Both the position numbers and the translations under genes were made by a program. From contig JAKCEV010000012.1 in assembly GCA_023539495.1 (NCBI GenBank), positions 1 through 24,000 of the forward strand: a stretch of 24,000 nt of DNA. The letters run 5' to 3'. Each line of letters starts with the position of its first letter. Positions within the stretch are counted from its first letter, which is position 1. This document shows, piece by piece, positions 1 through 6,457 of this stretch. Below the pieces are notes generated by a model that had not been told where the DNA came from, ran no database searches, and saw only the letters and a list, made by a program, of their open reading frames with translations. This DNA comes from Candidatus Wolframiiraptor allenii. Lineage in GTDB: Archaea > Thermoproteota > Nitrososphaeria_A > Caldarchaeales > Wolframiiraptoraceae.

Positions 1-573
1 TTCAGGGTTTAAGCTTTCTATACTGAATTAGGAAATGGCTGGTGATAAGAGTGGGGCATGAGAGTTCTCGAAGAATGCAGCCTCCTAAAAGCTGGGTAAA
101 TTAATTGATTTTTAAGAAAGAATGGGGTGGAACTGGACAAGGAAAACCATGAACCACTATATAACATGGATAAGGGCAGTTTTCGAGAGCATATAGGTAT
201 GCGAGGAGGACTTACTCGGAGAAAGTCGGAGCAATAAGCCCCTAAATATTTTTGCCTTAGGAAGGTGGTGGGAGTTGGTGAAATGAATGAGCACAACGCT
301 GGACATTATGAGATTCTTGAGGAGCATGGTAGGAGAAGGCCGAAGTTCTTACCACCCATGGACTGGATAGCGGGAGATAGCTAAGTTAGGGAAGATAAAA
401 GATAGGTTGAACTCGAAATACAAGCTATAAACTATATTGGAGATATAGGATGAGCATCATGTTAAGGAGAATATTTAACTCATAGACAAGCAGAATCTAT
501 ATGACGAGGATAAGGTGGAGATGCACTATTCTGGAGGTCGCAGACAAACAGACGAAGAACACTAACTAAAAAT

Positions 574-590
574 GATAGTATAATACTATC
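574..590. repeat. Perfect 17-nt palindrome GATAGTAT-A-ATACTATC in an ORF-poor region
   Basis: Read directly: gatagtataatactatc equals its own reverse complement around a central A. It lies in the roughly 745-nt region that has no convincing ORF. Confidence 0.5.
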
Positions 591-719
591 AAAATCAAAG
601 AATATTGTTTCAAGAGAGCTAAACAGCTAACATAAGAGGACGATATAAGAACTTTCCCCTCTAGACGACTTACAACTTTGATAGGAGGATTAATAAGGCA
701 AGAAGTACATGGCTCTGCC

Positions 720-726
720 TTATAAA
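720..726 (+). promoter_or_regulatory. TATA-like box (TTATAAA) upstream of the coiled-coil gene
   Basis: ttataaa begins 26 nt upstream of the ATG at 746. That spacing fits an archaeal TATA box driving a leaderless or near-leaderless transcript. Confidence 0.3.
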
Positions 727-745
727 CAGCTCGTAATAGTCTAGG

Positions 746-1651
746 ATGTGGAAGTTATGGCCAAGGGGTGGATCAACTTTTTATAACACTTTGAAAGGCT
801 CTTGTCTAGAAATGTCGATATTTGGCGGTAAGAAGGTTGAGGAGCTTGAGGATAGAATTGAGGAGAGGTTAAACAAATTCGAACAGAGCATCTCCGCAAG
901 GGTAGTGCCTCTTAATGAGGCGTTGAAGAGGCTTGAGTCTAGGCTTGTGGAAATCCAAGGTCTTCTCGGGACATTGGCCTCGCAACCTGAGAGCATAAGG
1001 TCGAAGCTCTCAGTCTTCCTAGAGAAGGCCGAGAAGATCTCGGAGGAGCTTGATCAGGTCAGGTTCTATGAGAGCACACTCCTCTCCATACAGGAAGGCT
1101 TGAAGGACATTATAGAGACCTTGAGCAAGGAGCGCGAGGCGATAAAGAGGGAGGTAGAGGCATTATTGAAAGAGAAGAGTGAGCTGGCCGTGATCAGACA
1201 GGAGCTGAAAAAATGGGGAAATGATCTCGACGCGAAGGAGAGGGAGCTGGCGATAAGGGAGGCTGAGCTCAGGACCCTTGAGGAGAAGAAGCTTGACCTT
1301 GAACGCAGGATCTCGGAGCTGGAGAGCAGTTACCTCAAGGGGCTCGAGGAGCTGGGGAATAGGCTAGAGAACATGTTCAAGGGCTTTCTCAGGGACTTCA
1401 AGATAAGGGAGATAAGGATGGAGCGCCTCCTCAAGAAAGAGGCCGAGCTCAGGGAGGAGTTATCCAAGCTCAGGGAGAAGGAGGAGGCAGCTGAGGAGCT
1501 CGAAAGGAAAGTTCTCCAGCTGAGAAGCGAGCTGAACATGCTCGAAGAGCGTAAGAAGAGGCTCGAGGCTGAGGTAAAGGATCTTGAGAATAAACGTGTG
1601 AGTCTCGAGAAGCTGATCGCGGAAATGAGACGCGCGGTCGTCAGCCCCTAA
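746..1651 (+). CDS. Long coiled-coil protein of unknown function (301 aa)
   Basis: The long ORF is E/K/L/R-rich with heptad-like periodicity (EELDQV..., REAELRTLEEKKLDLERRISELE). An alternative start is the ATG at 812 (MSIFGGKK...). No catalytic motif was recognised. Confidence 0.6.
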   Translation: MWKLWPRGGSTFYNTLKGSCLEMSIFGGKKVEELEDRIEERLNKFEQSISARVVPLNEALKRLESRLVEIQGLLGTLASQPESIRSKLSVFLEKAEKISEELDQVRFYESTLLSIQEGLKDIIETLSKEREAIKREVEALLKEKSELAVIRQELKKWGNDLDAKERELAIREAELRTLEEKKLDLERRISELESSYLKGLEELGNRLENMFKGFLRDFKIREIRMERLLKKEAELREELSKLREKEEAAEELERKVLQLRSELNMLEERKKRLEAEVKDLENKRVSLEKLIAEMRRAVVSP

Positions 1652-1991
1652 TATTTTCTTCAAGCCTCTGAACTCTCTCAGCGAGCTCATGGACCACGTC
1701 GGTCAGGGTCATTAGCTTGTCATTAAGATCCTCTAGCTCAACCTCTAACCTTTTCTCTAAGTTCTTCAAGCCCTCCTCAACATTCTCAAGTCTAGCTTTC
1801 AGATCGCTTAGCTCTGCCGTGCTCGCCGGCGCCATGTCTCTTATCTTCTCCTCGAGTTCTGCCACAGCCTCATCGAGTATGTTTATCGCCTTCGCCAGTC
1901 CCATCACGAAATCATATGTGGGGATCTTGCCCTTGGGCGTCTCCAAGTACCTCGGCTTCAGGACTATGCCGCCATCCTCAGCTTTGCTCAA
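1641..1991 (-). CDS. Small coiled-coil protein (116 aa), probably the last gene of the ubiquitin operon
   Basis: The ORF starts 21 nt downstream of the RING gene stop on the same strand. Its C-terminal two thirds are helical and coiled-coil-like (LSDLKARLENVEEGLKNLEKRLEVELEDLNDKL). The N-terminal roughly 40 aa are not coiled coil. Confidence 0.6.
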   Translation of the reverse strand: MSKAEDGGIVLKPRYLETPKGKIPTYDFVMGLAKAINILDEAVAELEEKIRDMAPASTAELSDLKARLENVEEGLKNLEKRLEVELEDLNDKLMTLTDVVHELAERVQRLEENIRG

Positions 1992-2012
1992 GCCAGAGCA
2001 CCACCAATAATA

Positions 2013-2246
2013 TTATCCTTTCTGTGATAAAGGCCTTTTGCAGATCGGGCATGTCCCCCTCTCATCTATCCATGGCTGAACACATCTAGCATGCATCCTG
2101 TTCCCGCAGAATGGGCACTCGAATACAGGAACACCCTCATGTATCTCCGCTGAGCAGACCGGGCATATATCCAGCTTCTTTCCCTCCTCAAACTCGAGAT
2201 CCCACTCGCCTGCCTTCTCCTCCTCCAATATTATTATCCTCCTCAT
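2013..2246 (-). CDS. Small RING-type zinc finger protein (77 aa), putative E3 ubiquitin ligase
   Basis: Eight metal ligands are present: CPVC-x12-CPFC-x4-H-x2-C-x11-CPIC. The tail HARCVQPWIDERGTCPICKRPL resembles RING-H2 domains (H-x2-C-x2-W...CPxC). The start overlaps the E1 stop by 4 nt (ATGA). Confidence 0.85.
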   Translation of the reverse strand: MRRIIILEEEKAGEWDLEFEEGKKLDICPVCSAEIHEGVPVFECPFCGNRMHARCVQPWIDERGTCPICKRPLSQKG

Positions 2247-3436
2247 GGAGTCGTCACCTCCTCCTTGTGGAATTGAACCTTCAGCTGAAAGGGCATGAAC
2301 CTTCTACTAGTGGTGATATATAATGTGTCGCCCTCCTTGACCCCCAGCTCAGAGATCCTCTTATCATCTTGGAGCCTCCACTCCCGGTAAAGTATCTCAG
2401 GATCGGGGATGCTGAACGTCTCCGCTATCCTCCTCTTAAGGTCTAGGATAGTCTCATCAGGCTTGACCGTGATCGTCAGCCCCTCTTCAACTAGATCCCC
2501 GCAGACAAAGCATTCAGAGCTCCTCTCAAGCTCCACGATCGTGAACTGCCCCGCGAGACCATCATATACTAGGAGGCCCTTGATTGGCTCGCCAAGCTTA
2601 TTTCCATGAAGTATCTTCACTATCTCCGTTGAAGCCAGCCCCGAGATCATGGCGGCGACGCTTTGAAGCGCTGGGAGCTTCGGCTTCAGCTTCTCCCTTA
2701 TCCTCCTAACAACCTCCAGCGTCTTCTTATCCAGCCTCATCAACACGCCCTCATGAGCATACTTCAGATCATAGATCGTCTTGATGTCGTGCTCGAACAG
2801 CTTCTCCGCGATCTTCTGGCTAATCTCTATTCCCGCCTGCTTCAGGTCTTGAACGAGGTCTTCGGGTCTCCTCCTCCTCAACGTGCATTCAGCGAGCTGT
2901 GTCTCCTTCGGTATCAGATCTTCTCCATGACACTCTAGGCACGCTGTTTTCTTCGGTATCACGACTTGGAGATTAGCGTAAAACCCTTCCATCGCGACAT
3001 CCACGAGAGGCTTATCCAGCTCCACAGCGAGCGAGTTAAGCCACCTCCTAACAGGCCAATTATCAAGACATGATACTATAACATCAGCTCCCTCGAAGAT
3101 TGATTCACCGAGGTTTCTAACGTCCTCGAAGTATGGCTCAACCTCTATAAGTGGATTCATCCTCCTCAGTCTATCGGCTGCAACAATGGCCTTTGGCTTG
3201 CCAATATCCTCATCTAGGAAGAGCATCTGCCTACTAAGATTTGATAGCTCGATCACGTCATTATCGACTAGGATGAGCTTTCCAACGCCCATTAACGCGA
3301 GGTTTTTCGAGATCTCGCATCCCGTTGCGCCAACCCCTACCACAACGACTCTGGCCCTGCCAAGATTCTCCTGATCCCATCCCTCGATTCTCAGCTGCCG
3401 ATCATATCGCTCAAGGCCGCCTTGTTCCTCGGTCAT
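2243..3436 (-). CDS. E1-like ubiquitin-activating enzyme (ThiF/MoeB/UBA fold) with a C-terminal beta-grasp domain
   Basis: Adenylation Rossmann motif VVVGVGATGCEISKNLALMGVGKLILVDNDVIELSNLSRQ. Two CxxC pairs (CLEC, CFVC) could form a zinc site. LAECTL resembles the eukaryotic E1 catalytic-Cys motif. The last roughly 84 aa (LTITVKPDETILDLKRRIAETF...GVKEGDTLYITT) look ubiquitin-fold. Confidence 0.9.
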   Translation of the reverse strand: MTEEQGGLERYDRQLRIEGWDQENLGRARVVVVGVGATGCEISKNLALMGVGKLILVDNDVIELSNLSRQMLFLDEDIGKPKAIVAADRLRRMNPLIEVEPYFEDVRNLGESIFEGADVIVSCLDNWPVRRWLNSLAVELDKPLVDVAMEGFYANLQVVIPKKTACLECHGEDLIPKETQLAECTLRRRRPEDLVQDLKQAGIEISQKIAEKLFEHDIKTIYDLKYAHEGVLMRLDKKTLEVVRRIREKLKPKLPALQSVAAMISGLASTEIVKILHGNKLGEPIKGLLVYDGLAGQFTIVELERSSECFVCGDLVEEGLTITVKPDETILDLKRRIAETFSIPDPEILYREWRLQDDKRISELGVKEGDTLYITTSRRFMPFQLKVQFHKEEVTTP

Positions 3437-3499
3437 CCTACCACGTGAAAGCAGCCCAAATGGCTTATATGAGTATTATTATCTCTTCGGGATTCTCAG

Positions 3500-3979
3500 C
3501 TACTCTTGAAATGCGTACTCCGGCCTAGCATAAAGCTCAATATACGCCCTAACCCTAGCCTCGAAGATATCCGGCCTATACTTCATCTCAGCAGCGGCAA
3601 ATGTATTTAGAGGATCATCAGGGTTCGGATTATTGAGTAGGTTCCTTAAGGCTTCAACGACCGAGAAAAGATGAAGTGAAGGGCTCCAGTCATTCTTGAA
3701 TATCGATTCGCAGATCCTCGCGGGAACTTCATCCGTGAAGTTTGGATGCCATATCCTCGTCCACCAGACGACATCGGGAGGAGTGTATGGGAATGTACGC
3801 GGGACGATTATCTCCACCTTAAAGAATCCACCCTCATACAGTCCCTCGCCGATTATCACTCCACGGTAATGCGTCAGCTGGTTATCCACTATGTCGAATG
3901 TAGGCTCATTCTCCCTCATCAGCTTATACTCTAGCGCCAGTCTTCTACTCCACAGAGCCTCAGGAAGCCGTGTTTTCAA
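3500..3979 (-). CDS. E2 ubiquitin-conjugating enzyme (UBC fold)
   Basis: An HPN motif and catalytic Cys sit in WHPNFTDEVPARICESIFKNDWSPSL, followed by LLNNPNPDDPLN. Both are close to the eukaryotic UBC consensus (HPN...ICLDIL...WSPAL...PNPDDPL). The apparent start codon is TTG at 3979. Confidence 0.9.
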   Translation of the reverse strand: MKTRLPEALWSRRLALEYKLMRENEPTFDIVDNQLTHYRGVIIGEGLYEGGFFKVEIIVPRTFPYTPPDVVWWTRIWHPNFTDEVPARICESIFKNDWSPSLHLFSVVEALRNLLNNPNPDDPLNTFAAAEMKYRPDIFEARVRAYIELYARPEYAFQE

Positions 3980-4035
3980 GCTATTAATTCTATGCTCGGG
4001 AGGCAGGTAATTAACTTTGAGGCCCTCAGCCTACT

Positions 4036-4272
4036 TTATCCTCCAACAGTCCTAGTTATCAGTATGAGTTTATCTCCATCTTGGACTCCTATTGATTCAA
4101 GGGTTTCCGTATCCTTAAGTGCCCTACCCCTATATGTGAGCCTCGTCGTATCTGGTGGAAGCTTCTTCATCGCGCAAACCTTAGCCCTGATAGCTCCTAT
4201 AGTCGTGGAGGGCGAGACCTCCAGCTCTATAGGATTACCCCCTCCCACAGCGGGGACGATCCTAATCTTCAT
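4036..4272 (-). CDS. Ubiquitin-like protein (78 aa) ending in GG followed by the stop codon
   Basis: MKIRIVPAVGGGNPIELEVSPSTTIGAIRAKVCAMKKLPPDTTRLTYRGRALKDTETLESIGVQDGDKLILITRTVGG aligns by eye along its length with eukaryotic ubiquitin (ITLEVEPSDTIENVKAKI...[41 protein letters not shown]). The internal ATG at 4272 is preceded by aaGGAGtt. The GG codons are followed directly by TAA. Confidence 0.9.
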   Translation of the reverse strand: MKIRIVPAVGGGNPIELEVSPSTTIGAIRAKVCAMKKLPPDTTRLTYRGRALKDTETLESIGVQDGDKLILITRTVGG

Positions 4273-4314
4273 AACTCCTTCAAACCTCCTGCCTGAGAAT
4301 AGGGCAAGCACACG

Positions 4315-4326
4315 ATATATAAATAT
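4315..4326. promoter_or_regulatory. AT-rich TATA element (ATATATAAATAT) in the divergent Ub / JAMM intergenic region
   Basis: This is the only strongly TATA-like stretch between the Ub start (4272, minus) and the JAMM gene (plus). It lies about 45-55 nt upstream of the Ub ATG, leaving room for a short leader that carries the GGAG ribosome-binding site. Confidence 0.35.
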
Positions 4327-4450
4327 GTTGTGCGAGAAGCCTCCGGAAAAATATTCTTTAAGAGTTTTCCGGTAGGAATGACAAGTGCTGAGAAGGCCTG
4401 TTCCTACCTCAAGAATGTTAAAATCCCCCTTGAATAGCATTCTCCCTCGC

Positions 4451-5122
4451 ATGAGGGTTAGAGTCTATCCGCTGGCGCTTGGTAAGATGATAAAACATGC
4501 CCTTGATGATCTTAACAGGGAGGTTGCAGGGCTTCTCGTAGGGAAATACTTGAAGAAGGGCGATGTGCTTGAGATCTGGGACACTATAACGGGCGAGCAG
4601 AAGTCAACGCCCGGCTTCGTTTACCTCGAGGAGGAGACGATTGCCGCGGCGGCGGAATGGGTTCTCAGGAATAGGCCCGGCCTATACATCGTTGGATGGT
4701 ATCATTCTCACCCGGGTTTCGACGTATTCCTCTCGGCGATAGATATCGAGACGCAGAAGCTTTATCAGAGGCTTTTTCCAAAGGCCGTGGCCCTCGTAAT
4801 AGATCCTCTAAAATACGCGAAGACGAGGAGGCTTCAGGACCTCAACTTCAAGGTCTTCAGGATAAATCAGAAGGGCGAGGTGGTGGCTATTCCAGTCTCG
4901 ATAGGAATTCAGAGGCAGAAGCTATTGGAGAGCACGCTGAAGGGGATCGAGACCATGGAGCTGAAGTATATCAGTGGAGGCAAACCCGGCAGCGAGGCTG
5001 ATCAGGAGAAATTTGAAGATCTTGAGGCGGATCTCGGCTTTCCGGTTGACAGGCTCACGGGCTCACTGAGCAACCTCTTCAAAAAGATCAGAGATAGAGT
5101 TGGCTCCCATATCCAGCCTTGA
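4451..5122 (+). CDS. JAMM/MPN+ metalloprotease, Rpn11-like deubiquitylase
   Basis: Conserved upstream Glu (NREVAGLLVG) and the JAMM motif HSHPGFDVFLSAID (H-x-H-x7-S-x2-D) at 4703-4744. The start is set at the ATG giving MRVRVYPL. The ORF is open from GTG 4385, and ATG 4415 is another alternative. The gene is divergent from the Ub-E2-E1-RING operon. Confidence 0.85.
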   Translation: MRVRVYPLALGKMIKHALDDLNREVAGLLVGKYLKKGDVLEIWDTITGEQKSTPGFVYLEEETIAAAAEWVLRNRPGLYIVGWYHSHPGFDVFLSAIDIETQKLYQRLFPKAVALVIDPLKYAKTRRLQDLNFKVFRINQKGEVVAIPVSIGIQRQKLLESTLKGIETMELKYISGGKPGSEADQEKFEDLEADLGFPVDRLTGSLSNLFKKIRDRVGSHIQP

Positions 5123-5163
5123 TAAAGGTTTTAAGCTGGGAAATTTGACTAAAAAGCCGAAAA

Positions 5164-5457
5164 ATGCCGAAGTCTAAGGGATTCCGTTATAAGTCAAGGG
5201 ACTTGTTAACGAAGCCCGTGGGGAGTAGGCAGGGGCCTAACCCAGAGATCTATCTACAGGACTTCCAGCCCGGCGAGAAGGTTATCGTCAAGCTGAATCC
5301 GTCGGTACATAAAGGCGCGCCGCATAGGCGTTATCACGGGAGGATAGGGGAGATCTTGGGTAAGCGTGGGAGAGCATACGTTGTTAGGGTTAAGATAGGT
5401 GAGAGCCTTAGGACCCTTACAATTCTCCCAGATCACTTGACTAGATGGAGTGCGTGA
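5164..5457 (+). CDS. rpl21e: 50S ribosomal protein L21e
   Basis: MPKSKGFRYKSRDLLTK...HKGAPHRRYHGRIGEI is the typical L21e sequence and size (97 aa). Confidence 0.9.
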   Translation: MPKSKGFRYKSRDLLTKPVGSRQGPNPEIYLQDFQPGEKVIVKLNPSVHKGAPHRRYHGRIGEILGKRGRAYVVRVKIGESLRTLTILPDHLTRWSA

Positions 5458-5463
5458 TCGCTT

Positions 5464-5820
5464 ATGGCGAGGAGGATTATTTCCCGCACCCCACTCTCGC
5501 TCCCGGAAGTTGAGAAGATACTCAGCAGTAGCGGGGTGGAGCTTACGACGCTCCAGCAGAGGGTTCTAAATTACGTGAGGAAATATTCGAAGCTCTCAGC
5601 CGATAGAGCTGAGAGGCTGATAAACGAGCTCATGGAAAAGTTTGAGCTCACGAGGGAGGAAGCCGTCCAGATAGTGGATATATGCCCGGCTCACGTTGAG
5701 GAGGTTAGGGCAATCCTGAGCGGCTATAAGAGGCTCGCCCCAATCCTCCTATTCTCCGAGGAGAAGCTTCAAGCGATAGTCGAGCTCGTTAAAAGATATC
5801 TGCAGGAAGAAGGAGAATAG
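5464..5820 (+). CDS. rpoF: DNA-directed RNA polymerase subunit Rpo4 (RpoF)
   Basis: A 118-aa helical protein lies immediately after L21e and before the COG1491 and KsgA genes, which is the conserved archaeal arrangement. N-terminus: ISRTPLSLPEVEKIL. The call rests mainly on context and size. Confidence 0.65.
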   Translation: MARRIISRTPLSLPEVEKILSSSGVELTTLQQRVLNYVRKYSKLSADRAERLINELMEKFELTREEAVQIVDICPAHVEEVRAILSGYKRLAPILLFSEEKLQAIVELVKRYLQEEGE

Positions 5821-5860
5821 GAATAGAGGATAAGTTACTTGGAGTGGGATGTGAGACGTA

Positions 5861-6457
5861 TTGGTGAGGCAGAAAAAATACGAGGACTTCGCATACGTGC
5901 TGGACGTCTTCCCTGCCTCGGAGCTCAAGGCGCAATCTCCGGGCATAATCGTGCATAGGGATGAGAATGTGATCCAGCTTCTAGGCGAGGACTTCTTCAC
6001 ACTCCTAGAGGCCGCCACGCCCAAGGGGAATAAGCCCGCGATAGGGACTAGGCTATACATAGGGAAGGATGTTCCAAGGAGCATCCTGAGAATTCTCAGG
6101 AGGATAAGTTATGATGACCTGACGGTGAACGCGAAGATGATCCTCGAGAACGTGATCCTCAAGATACTGGAGGAGAATGAGAAGCGTTTCGTCGAGTTCT
6201 TCAATACCGCTCGACCACTGACCCCGAGGATGCACGCGCTCGAGCTCATACCCGGGATCGGGAAGAAGATAGCGATGAAGATAATAGAGGAGCGGGAGAT
6301 CAAGCCCTTTGAGAGCTATGATGACTTGAGGAAGAGATGTGGAGTTCTCGATCCGGTAAAAGCGCTCCAGCAGAGGATCCTTGAGGAACTTAGAAACCCG
6401 GAGGAGAAGTACAGGCTGTTTGTTAGACCACCAGTCTCACGCGAATCCGGGGAATGA
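5861..6457 (+). CDS. COG1491/DUF655-type predicted nucleic-acid-binding protein (OB fold plus helix-hairpin-helix)
   Basis: The N-terminus YEDFAYVLDVFP is typical of the family. The C-terminal LELIPGIGKKIAMKIIEERE is an HhH motif. It occupies the conserved position between rpoF and ksgA. Start is TTG 5861 or GTG 5864. Confidence 0.65.
   Translation: MVRQKKYEDFAYVLDVFPASELKAQSPGIIVHRDENVIQLLGEDFFTLLEAATPKGNKPAIGTRLYIGKDVPRSILRILRRISYDDLTVNAKMILENVILKILEENEKRFVEFFNTARPLTPRMHALELIPGIGKKIAMKIIEEREIKPFESYDDLRKRCGVLDPVKALQQRILEELRNPEEKYRLFVRPPVSRESGE

Noticed and set aside
18-296. A 92-aa minus-strand ORF at the left edge.
   Set aside because: Its composition is Ser/Pro/Phe/Leu-rich and unlike the other genes. 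It has no motif and no convincing promoter or ribosome-binding site, and it lies in a purine-skewed ORF-poor region. I treat it as non-coding pending evidence.
4018-4028. A small palindrome TGAGG-C-CCTCA just downstream of the ubiquitin stop, considered as a terminator or attenuator between Ub and E2.
   Set aside because: A 5-bp stem with a 1-nt loop is too weak to argue for function, and archaeal termination normally relies on oligo-T tracts. It is noted but not called.
4273-4452. A 60-aa N-terminal extension of the ubiquitin ORF (the 138-aa version in the ORF track).
   Set aside because: The extension has no ubiquitin-like or other recognisable sequence. It would overlap the JAMM gene start and the TATA-rich promoter. 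The internal ATG at 4272 has a good GGAG site and yields a 78-aa protein collinear with ubiquitin.
4696-5001. A 101-aa alternative-frame ORF inside the JAMM gene, with similar nested or antisense ORFs elsewhere (781-996, 1330-1539, 1717-2010, 2409-2938, 6528-6848, 9830-10537, 13059-13924, 16440-16796).
   Set aside because: All lie within or opposite ORFs that have strong family motifs, and their products are low-complexity. There is no independent support.
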